DNA from: a bacterium
Lineage (GTDB): Bacteria > Verrucomicrobiota > Kiritimatiellia > CAIVKH01
Assembly (NCBI GenBank): GCA_030432155.1
Contig: JAUIHQ010000001.1
Coordinates: 1-56,751, forward strand
DNA: 56,751 bases
Reading direction: 5' to 3'
Positions 1-7,269 of this stretch are shown one piece after another (position 1 is the first letter of the stretch; every line of letters starts with the position of its first letter). The notes beneath the pieces were generated by a model. That model was not told the DNA's origin, ran no database searches, and was given only the letters and a program-made list of their open reading frames with translations. A program made the translations under genes and the position numbers.

Positions 1-666
1 TATAATAGATGAATTGGTGAAGCGGCCGCCGTACCACTTTGTTCTCGTTTCATAGAGATTCCCGAGGGTCGGGTCCTCCAGTTCTATACGGACCGGCATG
101 TCTCGCGGATGCCAGAACTGAAAGGCTACAAGGTCGGGATCTCCGCCATCGATGAGGCGGTCCTGTGTGTCGGGAATACCATCATGGTCAGTGTCATTGC
201 TGTTCACCCATGCAATCACACCTTGTGTCTCCTTCGCCTCCGGTGCAACCGGATCCGGATCCACATTCACACACAGGGCCTGGGGCTCGTATACCTTGAC
301 CCCGGGCCAGCGTAACTTCCCGTTATGATGCAACAGGTACTCGTTCACCTTCATGGACCCTACGCCATCAACAGGCGTTTGCAGGCCGAAGAATCGATAT
401 TTTCGTCCTTCACCAAGCGGCACCGCACCTTCCACACTGACTACATGATGGCCATGGGGCATCAGCCGCACCGGGACAATGGCCCCGATCGAATCGGCGC
501 CTCCCTCAATCTGAAAGTGATGCTCACGAAGATAGTCGGTAAGCGACCGGTCAAAAGCATCGCTCAACCGAGGCGGATCCATCAGATCATTCAGCGTGTA
601 GGTTCGGGCCACAGCAACGAGAGGTACTATCGCCAGGAAGATCGCACTCGCTCGCACCAACCTCAT
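1..666 (-). CDS. exported hypothetical protein, N-terminal part only (runs off window start)
   Basis: Absent from the ORF track because there is no stop in the window. My minus-strand translation from the ATG at 666-664 stays open for 222 codons: MRLVRASAIFLAIVPLVAVARTYTLNDL... (signal-peptide-like). An Asp loop NSNDTDHDGIPDTQD follows later. The ATG overlaps the stop of the upstream ORF (ATGA, 663-666). Confidence 0.5.
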   Translation of the reverse strand, partial: MRLVRASAIFLAIVPLVAVARTYTLNDLMDPPRLSDAFDRSLTDYLREHHFQIEGGADSIGAIVPVRLMPHGHHVVSVEGAVPLGEGRKYRFFGLQTPVDGVGSMKVNEYLLHHNGKLRWPGVKVYEPQALCVNVDPDPVAPEAKETQGVIAWVNSNDTDHDGIPDTQDRLIDGGDPDLVAFQFWHPRDMPVRIELEDPTLGNLYETRTKWYGGRFTNSSII

Positions 667-1181
667 CGCGGGGATCTCCACGATACATGGTTTTCGGGCC
701 ATGCTTCATCCCGATTTACGGAGCGAGCGGGTATACTCAGGATATCCATGGGATCGGAGCCGGCAGCAATCTCGTCCGCATTGCTGTAGCCATCGTCATC
801 CAGATCCAGCTCGCTATCCGTCCGGCCTGACTCGGGATAGGTGGCCGATTGCAGGGGATCAAGCAAGAGCAGACGCTCCCACCCATCATCCAATCCATCC
901 CCGTCCGAATCGACCAGAAGGGGGTCTGTTCCCTCGCGCCGTTCCTGGTCGCTGGATATCCCGTCACCATCCTCATCCTGAACCGCGGACTCGTGTATGT
1001 GCCGGTTCAACTCAACGACAATGCTCCGGGCCCGGACAGGGTCTGCCGGAAGCATGATGTACCGGCGGACACCATCGCCGAAAACTTCCGTCCGAAGATG
1101 TTGGCTGTCCTGTGCAGTCGCTGCGCCTCCGGGGACTGCCATCGACAAGAAAATCACAACCAGGCAAACCGCATCAAACAT
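663..1181 (-). CDS. small exported protein with TSP3-like calcium-binding Asp loops
   Basis: Track ORF 663..1238. I prefer the internal ATG at 1181-1179, which gives MFDAVCLVVIFLSMAVPGGAATAQ (hydrophobic signal/anchor). Loops: QDEDGDGISSDQE, DSDGDGLDDGWE, DLDDDGYSNADE. This start overlaps the RT stop (1174-1176) by 8 nt (ATGTTTGA). Confidence 0.55.
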   Translation of the reverse strand: MFDAVCLVVIFLSMAVPGGAATAQDSQHLRTEVFGDGVRRYIMLPADPVRARSIVVELNRHIHESAVQDEDGDGISSDQERREGTDPLLVDSDGDGLDDGWERLLLLDPLQSATYPESGRTDSELDLDDDGYSNADEIAAGSDPMDILSIPARSVNRDEAWPENHVSWRSPR

Positions 1182-2364
1182 AGCCGCCCCCCGGTTCCTG
1201 GCGTGGGCTGGAATCGATCCGGGCGATCCGGCATGCACATGCCGGATTGATCATATGTAGAAAGCTGAGTTTACCCTCGAGAACCCGGACCGGGTCGGCC
1301 GCAGTGTTTCGGCTTACATGATCTTCCACCGCATCGTCACCCATTGTTCGCCGGCGATGCTCCATCGCGCGCAGCCGACGCCTTTCACTGCGCGGAATGT
1401 TCATGGTTTCATTTACCACGATTCCGGTTACGGTCTGGCGACGCGACTTCCGCATCACCCGCACCTTCTTCTCGTTTACCCGAAATCCCTCGTCCACGAT
1501 GATCTCTTTGATCCATGGTATCAGCTCGGGCAAACGGGGATTGTTGGAAGAAAGAATGAGATCATCTGCATACCTGGTGTACCGGAACTTCATGCGCCTC
1601 GCGAGACCGGCCAATCGTCGGTCAAGGTTACCGGCAACAAAGTTCGAGACCGCAGGGCTGGTCACACCGCCCTGGGGCAATGAATCATCAAGCGTACAGA
1701 TGTTGGCCAGGGCAATGGCGACCCGATAGGGATAACCGAACGATTCAAAGACCTTGCGCACCTGGCGATGCGTTATGGATGGAAAGAAATCCTCAAGATC
1801 GATTCGCAGGACGACTTGTCTTCCAATATGCGGCCGCGCGTTATCGGCGATCGACATCCCCTTTCGGTATGCCCGTGCGCTACGATGCGGCTTCCGATGA
1901 TCGAGGATCGAACGGACCACCCACGATTGTATGCGCTTCAATCGGCCGCAGGGAGCGTGAATGGTTCGCGAGCGGCCGTCCGACTTGGGAACCTCAAAGG
2001 ACCGATACAACTGTCGCCGGTTAAACAGCATGCCGTTCATGTCAGCGACGGACATGTGCAAGCGGCGGGCCAGGTGTTCGTTGTTGAAGATCACCGGAAT
2101 CCGGCGGGCCCCGATCGTCCTGCTGTAACGCCCGAAGAAGTCAAGCAGGCGAAGGTCGATATCCGGATTCCGCTCCACAATCCATTTCAGATGCTTGTCA
2201 TCTCGTAATGACGGAGAAGGATCCTCATCATGCATGACCGGCTCGCGACCGGCATCGAGACAGGCCCGGGCATAGGCGCACACCAGGTCCTTGATCTCCG
2301 GATCCGCGCCGGCCTGACGCTGCAACTGATTCAGTGCTTCTATGGTTTTGTACTTCTCTTGCAT
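1174..2364 (-). CDS. retron-type reverse transcriptase
   Basis: 396-aa ORF, colinear by eye with retron Ec86 RT. Motifs: YRSFEVPKSDGRSRTIHAP, ADNARPHIG (NAxxH), LRIDLEDFFPSI, LPQGGVTSP, RYADDLILS (YADD), RQTVTGIVVN (retron VTG) and a LEGKLSFL tail. No maturase or endonuclease domain. There is an extra ~85 aa at the N-terminus. Confidence 0.85.
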   Translation of the reverse strand: MQEKYKTIEALNQLQRQAGADPEIKDLVCAYARACLDAGREPVMHDEDPSPSLRDDKHLKWIVERNPDIDLRLLDFFGRYSRTIGARRIPVIFNNEHLARRLHMSVADMNGMLFNRRQLYRSFEVPKSDGRSRTIHAPCGRLKRIQSWVVRSILDHRKPHRSARAYRKGMSIADNARPHIGRQVVLRIDLEDFFPSITHRQVRKVFESFGYPYRVAIALANICTLDDSLPQGGVTSPAVSNFVAGNLDRRLAGLARRMKFRYTRYADDLILSSNNPRLPELIPWIKEIIVDEGFRVNEKKVRVMRKSRRQTVTGIVVNETMNIPRSERRRLRAMEHRRRTMGDDAVEDHVSRNTAADPVRVLEGKLSFLHMINPACACRIARIDSSPRQEPGGGYV

Positions 2365-2375
2365 GACCGAAAGGG

Positions 2376-2545
2376 TGACGCGGCATCGGCGGCTTACCTT
2401 CTCGCCGGATAACGGCTCGCACGAGGCGGGAGTCCGGGCAAGAGGGCTTGCCCGGACGACCTTAGTGCATCAGCAGTGAACGTTGTGTGCGGCGAATCAC
2501 CGCACCCCGCAATACGCGGAACTAAATCCTGCCGATGCCGCGTCA
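2376..2545 (-). ncRNA. candidate retron msr-msd non-coding RNA
   Basis: On the minus strand, a perfect 15-nt inverted repeat: TGACGCGGCATCGGC (2545-2531, a1) pairs with GCCGATCCGCGTCA-type complement GCCGATGCCGCGTCA (2390-2376, a2). The arms enclose 140 nt. Internal hairpins lie at 2519-2507 (4 bp), 2505-2487 (6 bp) and 2457-2432 (11-bp perfect stem, 4-nt loop). a1 is followed by AGG, a candidate branching G. a2 ends 11 nt before the RT ATG. Confidence 0.55.
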
Positions 2546-2547
2546 AA

Positions 2548-2886
2548 TCATTCAAATGTTATGTTTTTCATTGCCACCAATGGTTTCGGGGATTGAACAA
2601 CAAAGTCCGGGGATGGAAAGGGAACGGCGCCAACGCGGGATCCATCGACGGCAAATGATTCCGTCTTCCCACGCCACGCGATATCCAGTCGGGAAAATGT
2701 ATGACCGCAGTTGGGACAATACCCCCGGCAGGGATCATTCAATGCTCGCAAAGCACTGATGGCGCGACAATGGCGGCACTGCAGATACCCTGACGCCTTA
2801 CCGACCATAAGGCCGGTCGCGGCAACGGCGACCCCGGCGAGGCCAAGTCCGGCGAGAAAGGATCGTCTGGTCATACTGCTGCTCAT
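2548..2886 (-). CDS. small Tat-signal protein with 4-Cys zinc-ribbon-like motif
   Basis: Track ORF 2548..2943. The start at 2886 gives MSSSMTRRSFLAGLGLAGVAVAATG (twin-arginine motif RRSFL). It overlaps the stop of the 1090-aa ORF as ATGA (2883-2886). Cysteines: CRHC...CPNC. Confidence 0.55.
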   Translation of the reverse strand: MSSSMTRRSFLAGLGLAGVAVAATGLMVGKASGYLQCRHCRAISALRALNDPCRGYCPNCGHTFSRLDIAWRGKTESFAVDGSRVGAVPFPSPDFVVQSPKPLVAMKNITFE

Positions 2887-5800
2887 GGAACCACCCTCGT
2901 TGCGTTTCGATAGGCAGCGGAACCATCGCCCAGCTCTTTCCACTCCTCCGGATCGGTGTAGGCCCGGTAATCGTCAAATTGACGTGGATCGGTACCATTC
3001 AGATACTCCTCAATGTCCAGCAGGCCGTCCCGGTCCGTATCGTCATAGGGATATCCGAAGTCGCGGCTTCCGAAGTGAATCCATTCCCAGGCATCATCCA
3101 GACCATCCTGATCGGCATCGGGATGAATGTTGAAGTGGATGTCTTCCAGATTATCATCCACCACGATCCGAATCGGCATTCCGGTTTGAAGTGAGAAATA
3201 CCCTTCAGTAAGCGACTCGCTGTATACCCCGGCATCGAATTCCCCGACGACGTTTACCGGGATGCCGGTACATTGGTAGAGGCCGGAGGCTTCTTCACGA
3301 GCGATCCGAACCGAATCCGGTCGCCGATAGCCGATATGCATAAGGTGCTGAACATCGGATTCGGATGACTCGGAGTAATACACCCGCACGTCGTCCACCT
3401 TGCCATTCCAGCCATGCAGGTATGGATCTGCACCATCGCCGAGTATCGGGTTCAGCATGAAGCCCGGAGTCCTTTCAACGCTCCCGGCGTGAACAAGCTG
3501 CCCATTCAGGAAACAAGACAGATTGGTGCTGTTCCAGGTTACCACGATATGATGCCATGTCTCTGCATCAAGACGCCGGCCCGGCTCCGCATCACTGAAC
3601 CCTCCCGGCACCATGATGCCTCCCCCTGCATTCATGCGGATGAAAAATGATTCTGGGTCCGTTCGATCAGCCTGAAACAGTTCTCGAACCCGGGACGGCT
3701 TGTCGAACGGATAGACTCGACAGGAGATGGTTCCCCTGGAGCCGAGGTCCATGGGCGGCAGGGCGATTCGACCCAACCCTTTCGTATAGCAGGCCCCGTA
3801 GCCGTCCGACCCATTCTTCGCGGCCCAGACATCAACAAACTGTGCATCGATCCTGGTCAGGCCGTAGTTGCGGGGGGTCACACCACCATGGCCACCCACA
3901 TCAAGAGGAAGATGCACCGCGAGCTCCTCTTCCCATATGACGCGGGCCGCCGGAACATACTCGAGAGGTTTTGATGATGTGATGCGGCCGGATACCGTAC
4001 AGGGATCCTGCAGAAGCCGGCCGGTTCCCGGAATCGGAAGGACATCTACACGGGACAATCGCTCATTGAATGTGATCCGATAGCGGCCGGCAGGCCAGGC
4101 GTCGGCCGGTGCAGCCCCGTCGTCTGCGCCGGATGTCATTCCGGCACCAAGGCTCAGCACCTCATCGTTGCCTTCCACTCGAAACCCATCGCCGGCAAGA
4201 CCCGCGGACGGCAAGGCGGCTGCGTTCTCCGACTCGGGAACCTCGACATCAATCTGCCAGAGATAGGCTGCGGTAAGAACCATGTTGGTCTGAGCAACCG
4301 ACATACCCAGGCCGGTCAACTGCATTTCCTGGTAGCTGGATACGGGGGCATTCCATTGGTGGGGGGGCAGACCCATGGTCAGTTCTTCTTCATCGGTAAG
4401 GCCGTCATGGTCCGAATCCGGAGAGTGACTGTCAGGTATGCGAGGATCCGTTCCATCCCTCCACTCCGCATCATTGGTCCTTCCATCTCCATCGGGATCT
4501 CCATCGGCGCCATTGCTTTCGTCCCAGGATCCGTCGTCAAAGGGATCCAGCCCATGGGCCCGTTCCCAGGCATCCGGCAAACCGTCGCCATCAGCATCGG
4601 GAAGAGAAGCGCCGGCCGGCACCACCGGGATCCGCCAACGCACACCGCGATTATCGTCTGCATGGCCCCGCGCATCGGTAATCGCCACCTGCAGCTCTTC
4701 GGCACTCGGCACAACCACAACCGCTTCCTGTCGGTTACGCTCGGACGCATGAACGGCATCAACCGCCAATACCGTGATGCCGGCCTCCACGATAAAGCTC
4801 ACCGGCGGTTCCATCTCCGTACCGGGAGGCAGAGCATAGGACAGCTTGAGGAGACCTCCGGCGACCGGGCGCGGCGGTTGCCAGATCAACGGAATGGCGG
4901 CGACATCATTCGAGGCGGAGGGATCCGTGCCCAGCGCCCATTCCATGCCATGATCAAAGGTGATGCCCATCAACCCGTCTCCATCGGGGTTGTCTCGACC
5001 CCCATATACCGTCGACCCGAACCAGTAGGTCTCCCAGTCATCGGGAAGTCCATCGTTGTCGGCATCCGTAGCATCACCAAGAACATCGGCAATATGATAG
5101 GCATCTTCCGGCGATGCATGAACGAGGCCGGCGCCATCGGTGATCAGCATCCGGTAATAGAGGCGGGAGGATGGCGGGAGGGTACCGAGCTGGAGATGCC
5201 AGAGGTCGTTGTTGTTCGCCTCGGCATGGTTTACGACCGGTTCGCGGAACCATTCACCGCCTTCAACAGAGTATTCCACGCTGCCGCTGAAGCCTCGGCC
5301 GGCGGGCCAGGTTTCAGTGTTGAGCCACAACGAATCCTGCGAGCTGAGCATACCGTTGTATGGCCAGTGGTGGGTATTGCCGATCCAGTACAAGGGCAGA
5401 CCCGCGCGGACACCGGCGGTAAAGGGGGTCACCTGACTCCCCACACTCACCTGGTTGGTGTGGTGATCTATGAAGCTGAGCCAGTAGTCGATGACATGTC
5501 CGCCGGGGAACGACCCGAGGTTTACATGCCACCAGTCGTTGTTGCCTCGGATACCGGCACGCGACAGCTCCCGGATCCCGACAACATCATTGATCTGTGT
5601 CTTGTAGAAGAGCAGCGCATGGGAGGCCGCATCCCGGGGCCAGGTTTCGGCATCGATCCACAGATCCTCGCCGGCATCGAGCTCGCCGTCCGGCGGCCAC
5701 TGAGTGACATGGCCGGCCCACCGGATGACCGGGGGCTGGTCGGGGGCTACGGTGAAGGAATAGTCCGCCCCGCCATTGCTGTCCCACATATCACCGGTCT

Positions 5801-6155
5801 CGGTATGACGGAGATGGAAGAAGTACCGGACTTCACCGGCCGGAAACGGTTCGGCAGGGGTATAGCGCCAGATCGAGTCGATGCTGTTGGAACCGGCGTA
5901 CGTCATACGGTGCATGGACCAGTTCCCCGCCCCGGCCCGGATGCCGACCTCCACGAAAAGGTCCGAGGATCGATCGTTGACGAGGACTGTGAACACCCCC
6001 GGATTCCCCCCTTCGTGACGCAGAAACGACCCATACGCGCCCATCCATGAGGGCGCCGCCATGGATGAGGCGGGCATCAGGGAAACCATGATAACGATTG
6101 CCGTAACAATCGCCGCATGAATCACTTGGAATGTCTTGCTTGAGAGCTTTGCCAT
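2883..6155 (-). CDS. large secreted non-catalytic protein: CBM-like repeats + TSP3 loops + LamG domain
   Basis: 1090 aa with a signal-like N-terminus (...IVIMVSLMPASSMAAP). It has N-terminal ~100-aa repeats containing WPPDGELDAGEDLWIDAETWPRDAA and WDSNGGADYSF-type motifs. Asp loops: DADNDGLPDDWE, DADGDGLPDAWE, DPDGDGRTNDAEW, DADQDGLDDAWE, DTDRDGLLDIEEY. A LamG-like block reads WHHIVVTWNSTNLSCFLNGQLV...GKVDDVRVY. I recognise no hydrolase motif. Confidence 0.8.
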   Translation of the reverse strand: MAKLSSKTFQVIHAAIVTAIVIMVSLMPASSMAAPSWMGAYGSFLRHEGGNPGVFTVLVNDRSSDLFVEVGIRAGAGNWSMHRMTYAGSNSIDSIWRYTPAEPFPAGEVRYFFHLRHTETGDMWDSNGGADYSFTVAPDQPPVIRWAGHVTQWPPDGELDAGEDLWIDAETWPRDAASHALLFYKTQINDVVGIRELSRAGIRGNNDWWHVNLGSFPGGHVIDYWLSFIDHHTNQVSVGSQVTPFTAGVRAGLPLYWIGNTHHWPYNGMLSSQDSLWLNTETWPAGRGFSGSVEYSVEGGEWFREPVVNHAEANNNDLWHLQLGTLPPSSRLYYRMLITDGAGLVHASPEDAYHIADVLGDATDADNDGLPDDWETYWFGSTVYGGRDNPDGDGLMGITFDHGMEWALGTDPSASNDVAAIPLIWQPPRPVAGGLLKLSYALPPGTEMEPPVSFIVEAGITVLAVDAVHASERNRQEAVVVVPSAEELQVAITDARGHADDNRGVRWRIPVVPAGASLPDADGDGLPDAWERAHGLDPFDDGSWDESNGADGDPDGDGRTNDAEWRDGTDPRIPDSHSPDSDHDGLTDEEELTMGLPPHQWNAPVSSYQEMQLTGLGMSVAQTNMVLTAAYLWQIDVEVPESENAAALPSAGLAGDGFRVEGNDEVLSLGAGMTSGADDGAAPADAWPAGRYRITFNERLSRVDVLPIPGTGRLLQDPCTVSGRITSSKPLEYVPAARVIWEEELAVHLPLDVGGHGGVTPRNYGLTRIDAQFVDVWAAKNGSDGYGACYTKGLGRIALPPMDLGSRGTISCRVYPFDKPSRVRELFQADRTDPESFFIRMNAGGGIMVPGGFSDAEPGRRLDAETWHHIVVTWNSTNLSCFLNGQLVHAGSVERTPGFMLNPILGDGADPYLHGWNGKVDDVRVYYSESSESDVQHLMHIGYRRPDSVRIAREEASGLYQCTGIPVNVVGEFDAGVYSESLTEGYFSLQTGMPIRIVVDDNLEDIHFNIHPDADQDGLDDAWEWIHFGSRDFGYPYDDTDRDGLLDIEEYLNGTDPRQFDDYRAYTDPEEWKELGDGSAAYRNATRVVP

Positions 6156-6165
6156 GTCGGCGGCT

Positions 6166-6194
6166 GTTAAAACGTTTTACATGCGTGGTGTCAA
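6166..6194 (-). promoter_or_regulatory. candidate sigma70-type promoter of the 6155->1 operon
   Basis: Minus strand: TTGACA (6194-6189), 17-nt spacer, TTTAAC (6171-6166). Only 10 nt separate the -10 from the ATG at 6155, so the leader would be very short. Confidence 0.3.
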
Positions 6195-6313
6195 TGCATT
6201 TTCTTGAAGAAAGTTTCAACGTGTTGCCGGGGAATAGGTTATGAGTGGTAAAATGTTTTACTTATCCGCGGAGGGGGTTGGATTTCATCATCTTATCTGG
6301 CCTGTTCCTGCAT

Positions 6314-6353
6314 CCCGGCTCGCGAGCCGCTCGCCCTCCCGGGGGAGAGTTGG
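6314..6353 (+). repeat. GC-rich intergenic repeat, copy 1 (contains palindrome CGGCTCGCGAGCCG)
   Basis: cccggctcgcgagccgctcgccctcccgggggagagttgg. It matches 7163-7202 with one mismatch. An inverted, 1-nt-indel copy lies at 32334-32367. Confidence 0.8.
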
Positions 6354-6435
6354 GCTATGTGCAGGATGGGAGGGAGTTCTGGTTGTACAAGAACCTGCCC
6401 ACGAATCAGCACGAATACTGATGTTGATTGCCCTA

Positions 6436-6464
6436 TTGAAATATGGGTGTTATACCCATATGAT
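6436..6464 (+). promoter_or_regulatory. candidate vapBC promoter with embedded palindromic operator
   Basis: TTGAAA (6436-6441), 17-nt spacer, TATGAT (6459-6464). The spacer holds the inverted repeat ATATGGGT-N5-ACCCATAT (6441-6461). The vapB ATG at 6472 is 7 nt after the -10. Confidence 0.4.
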
Positions 6465-6471
6465 ATGCCGT

Positions 6472-6699
6472 ATGAAGACGACCATTGAAATCGATGAGAA
6501 GCTGCTCATGAGCGTAATGAAGCTGACCGGCGCTAAAACCAGGCGCGCGGCTGTCGATTATGCCCTGCATGAGGCAGAGAAAGCGGCCAAAGTCGCTCAC
6601 CTTGTCCGTGAAGCCCCTCCGGAACGTGCATTCAGGGATGCGATTGACGATTCGTATGACATCCTTTCGCTGAGAGAGCAGGAGAAACCGAAACCGTGA
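6472..6699 (+). CDS. vapB: type II antitoxin, VapB-like
   Basis: MKTTIEIDEKLLMSVMKLTGAKTRRAAVDYALHE... is a typical short VapB/DUF2191-like antitoxin N-terminus. Its stop overlaps the GTG start of the PIN gene (GTGA, 6696-6699). The upstream part of track ORF 6241.. runs through the intergenic repeat. Confidence 0.75.
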   Translation: MKTTIEIDEKLLMSVMKLTGAKTRRAAVDYALHEAEKAAKVAHLVREAPPERAFRDAIDDSYDILSLREQEKPKP

Positions 6700-7070
6700 T
6701 TCTGATCGATTCCTGCATGTATATCGACTGGATGAAACAGGGAATCAATCCGGTCGAGCGCCTTGCTCCGCGCCATGCTGAACTGATCTCATGCGGCATC
6801 ATCCATCTCGAAGTCATTCGGGGCATTACAAAAACCGTGGTGAAAGAGTATTTGATCAAATACTTCGACATTCTTCCTCAGGTTCCCCTGTCCAACGGTA
6901 TCCTTCAGTCGGCAACGGAACTCGCATGGGAATCGGACCGTAAAGGGATCGTTCTTCCCTCGACGGACCTGATCATCGCGGCGTGTGTGCTGAAGGCAGG
7001 CGCAACCATGATCACCCGCGACCAGCACTTCTCAAGAATCCCCGGCATCCGGGTCTCAGACGATCTGTAG
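6696..7070 (+). CDS. vapC: PIN-domain toxin VapC
   Basis: 124 aa. PIN acidic residues sit in their usual contexts: ILIDS, HLEVIRG, TDLIIAA, TRDQHF. Confidence 0.85.
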   Translation: MILIDSCMYIDWMKQGINPVERLAPRHAELISCGIIHLEVIRGITKTVVKEYLIKYFDILPQVPLSNGILQSATELAWESDRKGIVLPSTDLIIAACVLKAGATMITRDQHFSRIPGIRVSDDL

Positions 7071-7162
7071 CGGGACGCTTGAAATGCGGTACGTTTCTGT
7101 TCCTGTTCATCAGCAACGTTCTGCTGCATGGCGACCGCCTCATCGGTTGTGACGCCCCAGCG

Positions 7163-7202
7163 CCCGGCTCGCGAGCCGCTCGCCCTCCCGGGGGAGGGTT
7201 GG
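7163..7202 (+). repeat. GC-rich intergenic repeat, copy 2
   Basis: cccggctcgcgagccgctcgccctcccgggggagggttgg. It is a direct repeat of 6314-6353 and lies just after the vapC stop. Confidence 0.8.
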
Positions 7203-7269
7203 CAATGGGTGGGATGGACGATGATTGGCTGTTTCTTGACGCCGTTCCGCCCACAATCCAGAATCGGCC

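Noticed and set aside
1174-2364. The RT as a diversity-generating retroelement (DGR) acting on the neighbouring surface proteins
   Set aside because: The motif-4 region reads LPQGGVTSP rather than the DGR-type I/LGxxxSQ. The retron-specific NAxxH and VTG motifs are present. The upstream non-coding region is bounded by an a1/a2-type inverted repeat. I could not see a TR/VR pair by eye. A proper repeat search between 2365-2547 and the 3' ends of nearby genes would settle it.
2432-2457. The 11-bp hairpin as an intrinsic terminator of the upstream ORF
   Set aside because: No T-run follows it on the minus strand (the sequence continues TCCCGCCTCG). It lies inside the a1/a2-bounded region, so it is better explained as the msd stem.
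1174-2545. The RT as a group II intron ORF
   Set aside because: There is no maturase (X) or En domain after the RT. The ORF is short (396 aa). The flanking RNA is only ~170 nt with simple hairpins, with no room for intron domains I-VI.
6241-6471. The N-terminal 77 aa of track ORF 6241..6699 as part of VapB
   Set aside because: That part reads through the intergenic GC-rich repeat and the promoter/operator. The canonical antitoxin N-terminus MKTTIEIDEKLL begins at 6472.
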